From an uncultured Candidatus Binatia bacterium (GTDB lineage: Bacteria > Desulfobacterota > Binatia > UBA9968 > JAJDTQ01), in contig OZ244070.1 in assembly GCA_965215605.1 (NCBI GenBank), positions 3,744,001 through 3,808,000 on the forward strand: a stretch of DNA of 64,000 bases, read 5' to 3'. The notes beneath the pieces were generated by a model. The model was not told where the DNA came from. It did not search any database and worked only from the letters and a program-made list of their open reading frames with translations. Position 1 is the first letter of the stretch; each line of letters starts with the position of its first letter. Shown in pieces: positions 10,032 to 19,759 of this stretch. The position numbers were made by a program, and so were the translations under genes.

Positions 10032-10948
10032 ATGCACTGGAGGCCGTATTGCTCACCATCATCACGGCTTCGACGCCGCTGCTCCTGGCGGCGGTGGGCG
10101 AGCTGGTAACGGAGCGCTCCGGCGTGCTCAACCTGGGTGTCGAGGGCATGATGATCATGGGCGCGGTGACCGGCTTCGCGGCCGCGTATACCACCGGCTC
10201 CGCCGCCGTGGGGGTGGCGGCGGCCGTCGCCACCGGCGTTGCCATGGCGCTCCTGTTCGCCTTCCTGACCCAGACCCTGGCGGCCAACCAGATGGCCACG
10301 GGACTCGCCCTGACGCTCTTCGGAATCGGCCTTTCGGGGCTCATCGGCCAGCCGTTTACCGGATTGCCGGGGGTCAAGCTGGGTGCCGTGCACGTTCCCT
10401 GGCTGAGCGACCTGCCTCTCATCGGCCCGGTGCTGTTCGCCCAGGACGTGCTGGTGTACGGCTCCGTGGCGCTCACGGCATTCGTCGCGTGGATATTCGC
10501 CCGGACCCGGCTGGGACTGGTGATCCGGGCCATCGGCGGCAACCATCATTCCGCCCACGCCCTGGGCTACGACGTGGCCGCGGTGCGCTACGGCTGCATC
10601 GCCTTTGGCGGAGCGTGTGCGGGACTGGCCGGAGGCTACCTGTCGCTCGTGTACACGCCGCAGTGGATCGAAAACATGTCCGGCGGCCGCGGCTGGATCG
10701 CGCTGGCGCTGGTGGTGTTCGCCACCTGGACGCCCAACCGGGTGGCGGTCGGCGCCTATCTGTTCGGGGCCGTGTGGATCATGGGCCTCTACGCCCAGGG
10801 CGTCGGCGTCGCCATTCCCTCCCAGTTCCTGGCCTCCCTGCCGTATCTGGTGACCATCGCGGCGCTGCTGGCCATCTCGGGAAACCGGATCTTGACGAAA
10901 GTGAATACACCTGCGTGTATCGGCCAAACGTTCGTGCCGGACCGTTGA
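10028..10948 (+). CDS. ABC transporter permease (nucleoside type), second subunit
   Basis: ERSGVLNLGVEGMM and GRGWIALALV motifs. ATGA overlap at 10028. Confidence 0.92.
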   Translation: MNALEAVLLTIITASTPLLLAAVGELVTERSGVLNLGVEGMMIMGAVTGFAAAYTTGSAAVGVAAAVATGVAMALLFAFLTQTLAANQMATGLALTLFGIGLSGLIGQPFTGLPGVKLGAVHVPWLSDLPLIGPVLFAQDVLVYGSVALTAFVAWIFARTRLGLVIRAIGGNHHSAHALGYDVAAVRYGCIAFGGACAGLAGGYLSLVYTPQWIENMSGGRGWIALALVVFATWTPNRVAVGAYLFGAVWIMGLYAQGVGVAIPSQFLASLPYLVTIAALLAISGNRILTKVNTPACIGQTFVPDR

Positions 10949-10984
10949 AACGAACGCACCATTCACCCATCCGGAGGAGATACA

Positions 10985-12052
10985 ATGCATAAGTACATCC
11001 TGCTGGCGGCCGCCCTTGCCCTGACCTTCGTCACCACGGGCGCGTTCGGGGCAGACCCCTTGAAGGTCGGGTTCATCTACGTCGGCCCCATCGGCGACCA
11101 CGGCTGGAGCTACCAGCACGACCAGGGCCGCCTGGCCGTCGACCAGGCCCTGGGCAAGGGCGTCAAGACCCTCTACATCGAGAAGGTCGCCGAGGGTCCG
11201 GATACCGAACGGGCCATCACGCGTCTGGCCCGGCAGGGCGCGGGCCTGATCTTCACCACCTCCTTCGGCTTCATGGATCCCACCATCAAGGTGGCCAAGC
11301 GCTTCCCCAAGGTCATGTTCGAGCACGCCACCGGCTACAAGCGCGCCAAGAACGTCGCCACCTACTCCTCCCGCTTCTACGAGGGGCGCTACGTCATCGG
11401 GCAGATTGCCGCCACGCTTTCCAAGAGCGGCGTGGCCGGCTACATCGCATCCTTCCCCATCCCCGAGGTGGTGCGCGGCATCAACGCCTTCATGCTGGGG
11501 GCCCAGTCCATCAACCCCGATTTCAAGGTCAAGACGGTGTGGGTGAGCTCGTGGTTCGATCCCGGCAAGGAGGCCGACGCCGCCAAGGTGCTCATCGGTC
11601 AGGGCGCGGACATCATCACGCAGCACACCGACTCCACCGCGCCGATGCAGATCGCCGGCGAGAAGGGCGCCAAGGCTTTCGGCCAGGCGTCGGACATGAT
11701 CAAGTTCGGCCCCAAGACCCAGCTCACCGCCATCATCGACGACTGGCGGCCCTACTACGTCCAGCGCACCAGGGCGGTGCTCGACGGCTCCTGGAAGTCC
11801 ACGGATACCTGGGGCGGGATGGACACCGGCATGGTCGGCATGGCGCCCTACACCAATATGCCCGCGGACGTGGCCGCCATGGCCAAGGCCACCGAGGACA
11901 AGATCCGCTCCGGCAAGATGCACGCCTTCGACGGCCCCATCTACAAGCAGGACGGCTCCCTGGCCGTGCCCAAGGGCAAACGCCTGGACGACGGCACCCT
12001 GCTGGGCATGAACTGGTACGTCAAGGGAATCGACGACAAGCTGCCCAAGTAG
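10985..12052 (+). CDS. BMP family ABC transporter substrate-binding protein (purine nucleoside type)
   Basis: Signal peptide, KVGFIYVGPIGDHGWSYQH, TTSFGFMD and SWFDPGKE motifs. GGAGGAG RBS. Confidence 0.93.
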   Translation: MHKYILLAAALALTFVTTGAFGADPLKVGFIYVGPIGDHGWSYQHDQGRLAVDQALGKGVKTLYIEKVAEGPDTERAITRLARQGAGLIFTTSFGFMDPTIKVAKRFPKVMFEHATGYKRAKNVATYSSRFYEGRYVIGQIAATLSKSGVAGYIASFPIPEVVRGINAFMLGAQSINPDFKVKTVWVSSWFDPGKEADAAKVLIGQGADIITQHTDSTAPMQIAGEKGAKAFGQASDMIKFGPKTQLTAIIDDWRPYYVQRTRAVLDGSWKSTDTWGGMDTGMVGMAPYTNMPADVAAMAKATEDKIRSGKMHAFDGPIYKQDGSLAVPKGKRLDDGTLLGMNWYVKGIDDKLPK

Positions 12053-12123
12053 AGACGGCAGCCCCGTAACACCGGTCGACCGAACGACGCGCGCATCCGA
12101 CAGGTGGCCAAGGCGCACCGGAC

Positions 12124-12273
12124 ATGAACGTGCTTCTCATCCTGTCGGACGAGCACAACCGGGAGGTCGCCGGCTGTTACGGGAATCCCATCGTCCAAAC
12201 GCCGAGTCTCGATGCGCTCGCGGCCCGCGGGGTCGTCTTCGAAAGCGCCTACTGCAAATCATCGGAGAGATGA
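12124..12273 (+). pseudogene. N-terminal fragment of a sulfatase (choline-sulfatase-like), truncated before the CxPxR motif
   Basis: Manual translation gives MNVLLILSDEHNREVAGCYGNPIVQTPSLDALAARGVVFESAYC followed by KSSER*. This is a classic sulfatase N-terminus, too short for the ORF track. Confidence 0.8.
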
Positions 12274-12744
12274 CGGCGGTGCCGCCCTCCGTTTCGCGAA
12301 ACCGATGGTCCTGATGCCAGTGTTCTGCCCGGCGACTGGCTCATCTGGCTGCCACCCTTGGCTTATGTAGAACGCGTTGGCGGCTGAGTTGTCGGCGAAG
12401 CTCTCCAACTGGATGGTCGCGTGTTCCGCGAACAAGCGCGCCTCGGCTTCGGCCAGAAGCACGCGGCCGATGCCGCATCTCTGGTGTTTCGGCGCCACCA
12501 TCAGCAAGTCGATCAGCGGCCCCTCGGTGACGCAGAAGCCGACGATATCGCCGTCTCGCTCCGCGACGCGACACGCTCCCAAGTGCCTGTCCACGTGGTC
12601 CCTGACTCCCCCGTCGGCGACCCAGCTCTCGATCGCGTCGCGGCCCAGAAACGGGATGTAGTTGGTCCGTGCCGTGCAGATGGCGAGGGTGACCAACGCC
12701 TCCCGGTCGTTCTCGCCCGCGGGCCGGATGGTCAATCCGTGCAA
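12259..12744 (-). CDS. GNAT family N-acetyltransferase
   Basis: VAERDGDIVGF, acetyl-CoA motif QRCGIGRVLL and NSAANAFYISQGW. Confidence 0.85.
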   Translation of the reverse strand: MHGLTIRPAGENDREALVTLAICTARTNYIPFLGRDAIESWVADGGVRDHVDRHLGACRVAERDGDIVGFCVTEGPLIDLLMVAPKHQRCGIGRVLLAEAEARLFAEHATIQLESFADNSAANAFYISQGWQPDEPVAGQNTGIRTIGFAKRRAAPPSSLR

Positions 12745-12854
12745 CCTGAACCCCTATGTTCGACTGGGAATGACACCGTCCCGGAGGGATTGTCCCTTGG
12801 ATTCAAGTACGGCACGCTGAGGTGGTCCCGAAAAATCGGACAGGTTGCTGAGAA

Positions 12855-12929
12855 TGGTGCGCCCGCCAGGAATCGAACCTGGACTTAGGGTTCCGGAGAC
12901 CCTCGTGATGTCCTTTTCACTACGGGCGC
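12855..12929 (-). tRNA. tRNA-Arg(CCG)
   Basis: Reverse complement GCGCCCG...CGGGCGC-A-CCA, anticodon arm AGGGT-CT-CCG-GA-ACCCT, T-loop GGTTCGATTCC. CCA is encoded. Confidence 0.95.
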
Positions 12930-13008
12930 ATGTCTCTTGTTTATCAGACAAGGCCGCTGCCTCTCAAGGCTGTCTTAACGAAAAGGACCGATGGGCGGCC
13001 TTCCGAGC

Positions 13009-13057
13009 GGTTCACCTTGCAAATCGTCCACGCTTTGGATGATTTGCAAGGTGAACC
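13009..13057. terminator. 22-bp inverted repeat hairpin immediately after the S58 peptidase stop codon
   Basis: GGTTCACCTTGCAAATCGTCCA-cgctt-TGGATGATTTGCAAGGTGAACC, with one mismatch. Confidence 0.55.
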
Positions 13058-13059
13058 AT

Positions 13060-13974
13060 TTATCTTCCCACAGCGTTGAGAATGGCCTGCGCCACCACTT
13101 CCGCGGCCAGGATGCCGGCTTCGTTGACGTCGGCCCGGCGTTTGCCGGTGGAAATAGCAAACAGGGTGTCGCCGTCGCGCAGGGTATGGGACGGGTGGAT
13201 GGCACGGGCGAGGCCGTCGTGGGCCATGGAGGCCACGGTGTTGGCTTCCGCGGGGGAGAGGGCCGCGTCGGTGGCGACGACGCCGATGGTGGTATTGGTT
13301 CCGGGTATGCCTCGGCCGCGCTCCTGCCGTGATCGCCGCGCGGCTTCCGCCGTTTGGCCGGGGGATTCCTCCCGCCCGCCCGCCACCACTTCACCGGTGG
13401 CGGGATCGACGACACAACCGACGGCGTTGACCACGACCAGGGCGCCCACCACGACGCCGTTCGGCAGCCTTGCGCGAGCCGAGCCGATGCCGCCGTCGGC
13501 GGGGTTCAGGCCCCGAGCCTTGCCCACGGTGGCGCCGGTACCGGCGCCGACGCCACCGGTGGGGACCGGCGCATCCGTAGCCGCCTTGCAGGCGCGGTAG
13601 CCCATGGCCTTGTCGGGGCGGACGCGCGGGTCGCCAACGCCCAGGTCGTAGATCACTGCGGCGGGGACGATGGGGACGGCGCCGTGGGCGGTGGCGAACC
13701 CGGCCCCTTGCTCCTCGAGAAAGCGCATGACGCCGGCGGCGGCGTCAAGGCCGAAGGCGCTGCCGCCGGTCAGAAGGATGCCGTGGGCCTGCCCCACCAG
13801 CCGTCCCGGCCGGATCGCGTCGGTCTCCCGGGTGCCCGGAGCGAATCCGCGCACGTCGACCCCGGCTGCCGCTCCCGCCTTGCAGAGCACCACGGTGCAG
13901 CCGGTACGCGCCCGAAGGTTGGTGGCATGGCCCACCTGAATGCCCCTGACCGCGGTAATGGTCGCGTTCCTCAT
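13060..13974 (-). CDS. Peptidase S58 / DmpA (P1) family protein
   Basis: GVDVRGFAPGTRET, LTGGSAFGL, GAGTGA, autoprocessing-region NTTIGVVATD and DGDTLF motifs. Confidence 0.92.
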   Translation of the reverse strand: MRNATITAVRGIQVGHATNLRARTGCTVVLCKAGAAAGVDVRGFAPGTRETDAIRPGRLVGQAHGILLTGGSAFGLDAAAGVMRFLEEQGAGFATAHGAVPIVPAAVIYDLGVGDPRVRPDKAMGYRACKAATDAPVPTGGVGAGTGATVGKARGLNPADGGIGSARARLPNGVVVGALVVVNAVGCVVDPATGEVVAGGREESPGQTAEAARRSRQERGRGIPGTNTTIGVVATDAALSPAEANTVASMAHDGLARAIHPSHTLRDGDTLFAISTGKRRADVNEAGILAAEVVAQAILNAVGR

Positions 13975-14045
13975 GGATCCCGCTTCATCGCACGGACTCG
14001 AACCCCTGACTCGCTTTCTCGCCCCTTAGCCTATAGCCTGTTCCC

Positions 14046-15278
14046 ATGAGCGGCGAAAACCCTCTTCTGCGTCCCCGGCTTCGCCACGTCGACATCTTCC
14101 CGGTCCCGGAGGAGGAAGGAAAGCGGGCGTTCGGCGTCCGCGATCCCCAGCACGTCAGCGACAAGGTCCTGCGCCTCCAGATCGAGGCGGCCTGCGCGCT
14201 GCAGTTTTTCGACGGCGCGCATACCTTGCCGGAGATACAGGCGGCGTACCGGGAGGCGTACAAGGTCGAGTTTCCGCTGGACTTGCTGGAACAGCTCTGC
14301 CAGGTGCTGGACGAGGGGTTGTTCCTGGACAGCGACAACTTCGAGGTCCACTACCGGCGTCTGGCCAGCTCGTTCCACGAGTCGACCGTCAGGGAAGCGT
14401 TTCACGCGGGCGTCAGCTACGACGAGAATCCGGCCGCCCTCAAGGAAGGCCTGGGGCAATTGTTCGCGCCTCCCAATGGACCCGGGTTGCCCGGCGGGCG
14501 GGACTCCGGGCGAAGCATACCCGGAATCGTCGTGCCCCACATCGACCTGCGGCTGGGGGGTCACGCCTACGCCTGGGCGTACAAGGAACTGGCGGAGGCG
14601 CAGCCGCCGGAACTGTTCGTCATCCTGGGGACCGGGCACAACGGAACACGGAACCCCTATGTCCTGACCTGCAAGCGTTTCGCCACGCCGCTGGGAGAGG
14701 CGCCGGTGGAGGCCGGGTTCATCTCCGGCCTCCAGGCGCGCCACGGCGGAGAGCTCTTCGAGGACGAGCTGGCCCATCGTTCCGAGCACACCATCGAGTT
14801 CCAGGTGCTGTTCATCCAGCAGTTGTTCGGCAACACCACACCGGTCGTGCCGGTGCTGTGCTCCTTCTCCCACGGCGACCCCGGAGACGGCCCGGCGGGA
14901 GACTCCATCGAACGTTTCATCCAGGCGCTGAGAACCATGATTGCCGAAGACGGGCGCCGCATCTGCCTCATCGCCAGCGCGGACCTGGCCCACGTGGGGC
15001 CGCGCTACGGCGACGCCAAGGGTTTCAGCGGAGAAGAACTCAAGGCCGTCAAGGACGCCGACCGGGAGATGCTGGAGCACGTGGAGAGGGTGGACGCGGA
15101 GGGATTCCTGGGCTACCTGGCGCAGGAGGACGACCGGCGCCGGATCTGCGGCTTCTCGCCGATCTACACGATGCTGAGAGCCATGCAGGCCGAAAAGGGG
15201 CGGGTGGTCGCCCACGACCACGGCGACATGGACCCGGTCGGCTCCATCTGCAGCTTCGCCAGCGTCGTCTTCGAGTGA
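14046..15278 (+). CDS. amrB: AmmeMemoRadiSam system protein B (MEMO1 family) with N-terminal extension
   Basis: PHID, EHTIEFQ, SADLAHVG and ICGFSP motifs. Confidence 0.88.
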   Translation: MSGENPLLRPRLRHVDIFPVPEEEGKRAFGVRDPQHVSDKVLRLQIEAACALQFFDGAHTLPEIQAAYREAYKVEFPLDLLEQLCQVLDEGLFLDSDNFEVHYRRLASSFHESTVREAFHAGVSYDENPAALKEGLGQLFAPPNGPGLPGGRDSGRSIPGIVVPHIDLRLGGHAYAWAYKELAEAQPPELFVILGTGHNGTRNPYVLTCKRFATPLGEAPVEAGFISGLQARHGGELFEDELAHRSEHTIEFQVLFIQQLFGNTTPVVPVLCSFSHGDPGDGPAGDSIERFIQALRTMIAEDGRRICLIASADLAHVGPRYGDAKGFSGEELKAVKDADREMLEHVERVDAEGFLGYLAQEDDRRRICGFSPIYTMLRAMQAEKGRVVAHDHGDMDPVGSICSFASVVFE

Positions 15279-15343
15279 ACGCGGCGCCCGGTGCGCGCCC
15301 CCCCTGTCCGCCGCGACGCCACCCTCCAACGATGGCAGTGCCG

Positions 15344-15559
15344 CTACGACTCGGGAAACAGCCTCGTCCCGTCGTCGTCCTCCACCGTAATGGCCTTGGT
15401 GGGACAGATCCTGGCGGCCAGGACGACCTTTTCCGAAGCATCGCCGTTGGGGTCCGTGACCTCTGCGATGAACCGCTCGTTCATCTTGAAGACGTTGGGC
15501 GCGGCCTGGACGCATTTCTCGTGGCCATCGCACTTCGTGACATCGACGGTAACCTTCAT
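15344..15559 (-). CDS. Ferredoxin ([3Fe-4S] type, CxxHxxC...CP)
   Basis: MKVTVDVTKCDGHEKC...ICPTKAI. GGGAGG RBS precedes ATG 15559. Confidence 0.9.
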   Translation of the reverse strand: MKVTVDVTKCDGHEKCVQAAPNVFKMNERFIAEVTDPNGDASEKVVLAARICPTKAITVEDDDGTRLFPES

Positions 15560-15672
15560 GGTGCCTCCCAGCAAAGAATCTCCCCTGTATAACGGAGTCG
15601 GCCGCGCCATTCCACCGGACACGGATTTCGGTATTGCAGTGCCGGAAGGCCCTGCGATATAGTGAATTGCGC

Positions 15673-17496
15673 ATGAGGATCCATCGCTACACGCCCTGGG
15701 ATGGTTCCCAGGAAGTCCGTTTTCCCACTGCCAACGATCTGCTGAAGCAGCTCTCCGATACATTCCTGGAGGAAGAGGGCGTGCGCCGGGCGCTCCGAAG
15801 CCTGATGCGCCGGGGCTTCGAATCGGACGACGGCCAACGCTCGGTGCAGGGTCTGCGGGACCTGCTGCAACAGGCCGAAGAGAAGAAGCAGGACCTCCTC
15901 GACAAATACTCACCCGACTCCTTCAAGCTGTCCCCCGAAGAGAGCGAAGCGCTGAGCCAGAAGCTCAACGAACTGGCGGAGAAGCTCCAGGCGTATCACG
16001 AGCAGATGCGCAACTTCATGGAGCGGTTGTCCGGCCGGTACGCCGACAACATGGACGAGCTGGCCGAGCGGATGCGCCAAGCCCAGGAGCGATACCAGCA
16101 GCTCAAGGAGCGCCTCGGGGAACAGATCGACCAGCGCTCCATGCAACAGCCCCAGAGCCTCACCGGACCCGGAGCGCCGGACCTGTCCCGGATGCTGGAG
16201 CGGTTGAGCCGTCTGCTGGACGACGACGACTTCTTGAAGAACCTGCCGAACATGCTGGATGCCGCGGTGGAGGACCTCGACAACCTGCTGGAGAACCTCG
16301 ACTCGCTGAGCCAGCAGGAACTCCAGAAACTGAGCGACGCCATGTCCCAGATGGAGCAGCTCGAGCAGTTGTTGAGTCAGTATCCGTTCCAGGGAAGCCA
16401 GCGCATAGGCATGGGGGAGGCCGGACAGGTGCTGGGACAGCTACGGGGGCTGGAGCAGTTCCTGCGCTGGGGGCGGCGTGGTCTGGGGGACGTCTCGGAC
16501 CTCGATCTCGAGGCTATGCGCGACCTGCTGGGCGAGGAAGCCCACGAGCAGCTCAAGTACCTCCAGGGCGTCGAGCAGATGATGGTGGACGCGGGCTACC
16601 TGGTGCGGACCGGCGGCGGGCTGAGGCTCAGCCCCAGGGGCATGCGCCAGCTCGGTGACAAGGCCCTGAAAGAGATCTTCGCCCTCATGAACAAGAACCG
16701 TTGGGGGCAGCACGCCAGCGCCAAGACCGGCAACCAGGGCATGCGCCTGGAGGACACCCGACCCTACGAGTACGGAAACCCGCTCAACATCGACATCCGC
16801 AAGACCCTCCTGCACTCGCTGGAAGAGGGGAGGACCGGAGTTCCCGTCCGCGTTGAACCCCGGGACTTCCAAGTCTACCAGAACGAGTTCTCCACCGACA
16901 CGGAGACCGTGCTGCTCATCGACGTCAGCTACTCCATGCTGATGAACGACGCCCTGCACGCCGGCAAGAAGGTGGCGCTGGCGCTCAACCGGCTCATCGA
17001 GACCAAGTTCCCCCAGGACGTCCTTCACCTGGTGGCATTCCGCTCCAACGCCAAGATCATCCGCACCGAAGACCTCCCCTCCATCGTCGCCATCACCTAC
17101 TTCATGGAGCATGGCACCGATATCAAGGAAGCCTTGAGGTTCTCCCGACACCTCCTTGGAAACAATAGAGCCACTAACCGCCAGATCATCCTCATCACCG
17201 ACGGCGAGCCCACCGCCTGCAACGTCGACCGGGGCGGCCGCCTCCACAGCGGTTGGGGCTCGGCCCTGCTGCACGAACGCATCGTCCGGGAAACCCTCAA
17301 GGAGGTCCGGCGCTGCACCCAGAGCGGTATCCGCATCAATACCTTCATGCTGGGGATGGACTACTACCGCATGGGCTTCGTGGACCGGCTGACCCGGATG
17401 AACACCGGCCGCGTCTTCTACACCTCTCCCGACGAGATCGGCAACTACATCGTCGTGGACTACCTCGCCAACAAGCGGAAGCGCCTGCGGCGCTGA
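15673..17496 (+). CDS. VWA domain-containing protein with coiled-coil N-terminal half
   Basis: N-terminal RYTPWDGSQ, MIDAS DVSYSM, GTDI and ITDGEPT motifs. Confidence 0.88.
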   Translation: MRIHRYTPWDGSQEVRFPTANDLLKQLSDTFLEEEGVRRALRSLMRRGFESDDGQRSVQGLRDLLQQAEEKKQDLLDKYSPDSFKLSPEESEALSQKLNELAEKLQAYHEQMRNFMERLSGRYADNMDELAERMRQAQERYQQLKERLGEQIDQRSMQQPQSLTGPGAPDLSRMLERLSRLLDDDDFLKNLPNMLDAAVEDLDNLLENLDSLSQQELQKLSDAMSQMEQLEQLLSQYPFQGSQRIGMGEAGQVLGQLRGLEQFLRWGRRGLGDVSDLDLEAMRDLLGEEAHEQLKYLQGVEQMMVDAGYLVRTGGGLRLSPRGMRQLGDKALKEIFALMNKNRWGQHASAKTGNQGMRLEDTRPYEYGNPLNIDIRKTLLHSLEEGRTGVPVRVEPRDFQVYQNEFSTDTETVLLIDVSYSMLMNDALHAGKKVALALNRLIETKFPQDVLHLVAFRSNAKIIRTEDLPSIVAITYFMEHGTDIKEALRFSRHLLGNNRATNRQIILITDGEPTACNVDRGGRLHSGWGSALLHERIVRETLKEVRRCTQSGIRINTFMLGMDYYRMGFVDRLTRMNTGRVFYTSPDEIGNYIVVDYLANKRKRLRR

Positions 17497-17563
17497 CACC
17501 CATCTGCGGCGCCAAAGTGCCGTCCCGGGCCTGATCCGGAAACCAGAGGAGGGGGGAGGCGCC

Positions 17564-18736
17564 TTATTCCGTGACGAGGGCCAGCACTCCGGTGTAGGTG
17601 AGCAAGTGGTTGCCGCCGGCCATGGGGCCGATCTCGTAGTTGCCGAAGAAGCCGATCACCGGCACGTCGCCAAGCGCCTGCTTGATGTAGGCGGTGTCGA
17701 TGCCCGGGACGCCGTAGAGGCCGGTGCCGCGGGCGCAGCAGTTGAAATAGAGTCCCAGCCGCGGTTTCCTGCCCCCCAACCGGGTCCCCTGACGTTCCAG
17801 CATCTGCCCGAGGTCATCCCGCGCCCGTTGCCCGTCCCGGAGCGTGAAGATCAGCGGTTGTCCGGTTTCCACCGGCTGGGCCACCGCCAGAATGCCCCTT
17901 TGCGCATCCAGGCCGATGATGTTGCGGACCAGGTACTGCCCGGGTTCGATCCCCCCCTGTGCCGGGTCCGGCGGAAGCCCCACGAACACAAACGCCAGCG
18001 CCCGGCGCAGGTCCTGCTGGAAGGGTTTTCCGATCAGCTCGACGAACACCTCGAAGGCCGGGCGGCCGTCGATCTCGAAGATGAGGTTCTCCTGGGCCTT
18101 GGTGACGATCATGGGAGCGCTCACCGGCTGACAGCCCTGGGTAAGCTCGATGGTGGTGCCGCAGGCGCCCGACAGCGCGAAGCCCACCACGCTGTTGCTG
18201 GTCACCCGGTCCTCGTAGAACTGGTAGGTGCGGCCGTGGCCGGCGCTCTCCGACGCTCCCGCGCCAACAACCGGACCGGAGTGTCCCGCGCCCGCCATGC
18301 CGTCCAGCATGGCGTCGGGGCGGCTCCGGTAGCCGTCTGCCAGCAGCACGGTCAGGGAGGGACCGTCCGGCCCCACGGTACCGGCGATGTCCCGTCCCGC
18401 GGCATCGTCGTTTCCCTTGAGCGAGTCGCGGATAAAGGGGTGCGCCCGGACCGTATCGGAGGCCAGCGCCATCACCGCGACCCCGGACTCTCCCTCGATC
18501 TCGCCGCCGTCCGTAAGGATTCCCAGGGCGCTGCAACCCACGGTGTTGCGGGTGCCGCTCACCTGATGGAGTGTGGCCAGCTCCTGCTCCAGGGCGCCGG
18601 CATGGTCGGCCGTGGCGTACAGCAGCACCAAGTCGGCGTTGCCGTCCGGCAGGCCGTCCATGGCGAGTCCGGCCGCTTCCTCCACCGCGGCCCGGGTATC
18701 CGTCCGCGGTGACTGTCCGACTCCGGCATTCAGCAT
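17564..18736 (-). CDS. FIST N/C-domain protein
   Basis: TQGCQPV, EIDGRPA, LVRNIIG, FNCCARG and GFFGNYEIGP motifs. Confidence 0.9.
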   Translation of the reverse strand: MLNAGVGQSPRTDTRAAVEEAAGLAMDGLPDGNADLVLLYATADHAGALEQELATLHQVSGTRNTVGCSALGILTDGGEIEGESGVAVMALASDTVRAHPFIRDSLKGNDDAAGRDIAGTVGPDGPSLTVLLADGYRSRPDAMLDGMAGAGHSGPVVGAGASESAGHGRTYQFYEDRVTSNSVVGFALSGACGTTIELTQGCQPVSAPMIVTKAQENLIFEIDGRPAFEVFVELIGKPFQQDLRRALAFVFVGLPPDPAQGGIEPGQYLVRNIIGLDAQRGILAVAQPVETGQPLIFTLRDGQRARDDLGQMLERQGTRLGGRKPRLGLYFNCCARGTGLYGVPGIDTAYIKQALGDVPVIGFFGNYEIGPMAGGNHLLTYTGVLALVTE

Positions 18737-18838
18737 GGCGTCAGGGTATGCAAAGCCGGGCCGCGGGTCAACGCCGGCCGGCGCCCGCCGAGCGTAGCAC
18801 CTGTGGTCCGGCGCCCCGCGTTTTGCTATAAAGGCGCC

Positions 18839-19609
18839 ATGAGAATCGTTCAGCTACCGTTGCTGCAAGACAATTACGGCTACCTCGTGATCTGCGAAAA
18901 GACCAACAAGGCCGGCATCGTGGATCCCTCCGAGGGCGAGCCGGTATGGCGCCGGGTGCAAGAGGAAGGGGTGGAGCTTGCCGCCATCCTCAACACCCAC
19001 CATCACCGGGACCACACCGGCGGAAACGAATACCTGCTCCAGCAGAAGCCGGGGCTGGAAGTGTTCGGCGCCAAGGTGGACGAGGAACGCATCCCGGGCA
19101 TCACCCATCCGCTCATGGAAGGCGACGAGGTGCAGGTGGGGGAAGAGCGCGGGACCGTGCTGTTCATTCCCGGACATACCCGCGGCCACATCGCGTTCGT
19201 GTTTCCCGGCAAGCTCTTCAGCGGCGACGCCCTGTTCGCGGGCGGGTGCGGCCGGGTCTTCGAAGGGACCCCCGAGCAGATGACCGCTTCCCTCGGCAAG
19301 CTGCGGGGTCTTTCCGGGGAAACGCTTGTCTACTGCGGCCACGAATACACCGAGAAGAACCTCCGGTTCGCGCTCACCGTGGAACCCAACAACGAAAAGG
19401 TCCGCCGGAGGCTGGAGGCGGTACAGGAGCTTCGGGCAAAGGATCGGTTCACGGTTCCGTCCCGGCTCGGCGACGAGCTCGAGACCAATCCGTTTCTCCG
19501 CTGGGAAAGCGACGAGATCAAGGCCGGCCTTTCCGAACGCTTTCCCGGTCAGGGAACGGACCCGGTGTCGGTGTTCGCGAAGGTCAGGGAGCTCAAGGAC
19601 GCCTACTAG
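18839..19609 (+). CDS. gloB: Hydroxyacylglutathione hydrolase (glyoxalase II)
   Basis: DNYGYL, THHHRDHTGG, PGHTRGH, GDALFAGGCG, CGHEYT and TNPFLR motifs. Confidence 0.93.
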   Translation: MRIVQLPLLQDNYGYLVICEKTNKAGIVDPSEGEPVWRRVQEEGVELAAILNTHHHRDHTGGNEYLLQQKPGLEVFGAKVDEERIPGITHPLMEGDEVQVGEERGTVLFIPGHTRGHIAFVFPGKLFSGDALFAGGCGRVFEGTPEQMTASLGKLRGLSGETLVYCGHEYTEKNLRFALTVEPNNEKVRRRLEAVQELRAKDRFTVPSRLGDELETNPFLRWESDEIKAGLSERFPGQGTDPVSVFAKVRELKDAY

Positions 19610-19731
19610 GCCGCCCCGCGGCCGCGCCGATTCCGGTCAGGCGCCGCCGTGCGCTGCCTTGTCGAACCAACGCCTTTCCTCGGTTCATCGTCACCCCGGT
19701 CATACCATTGCGTCATCCGGGTGCATCTTGT

Positions 19732-19759
19732 GTCATCCCGGGCCTGACCCGGGATCCAG
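19732..19759. repeat. REP-like palindromic element (GTCA-led hairpin)
   Basis: GTC-ATCCCGGG-cctga-CCCGGGAT-CCAG, intergenic between gloB and the FAH gene. Only one copy is seen in the window. Confidence 0.45.

Noticed and set aside
15560-15913. N-terminal extension of the ferredoxin in the 189-aa ORF
   Set aside because: The extension overlaps the divergent VWA gene, and a strong RBS precedes ATG 15559, giving a normal 71-aa ferredoxin.
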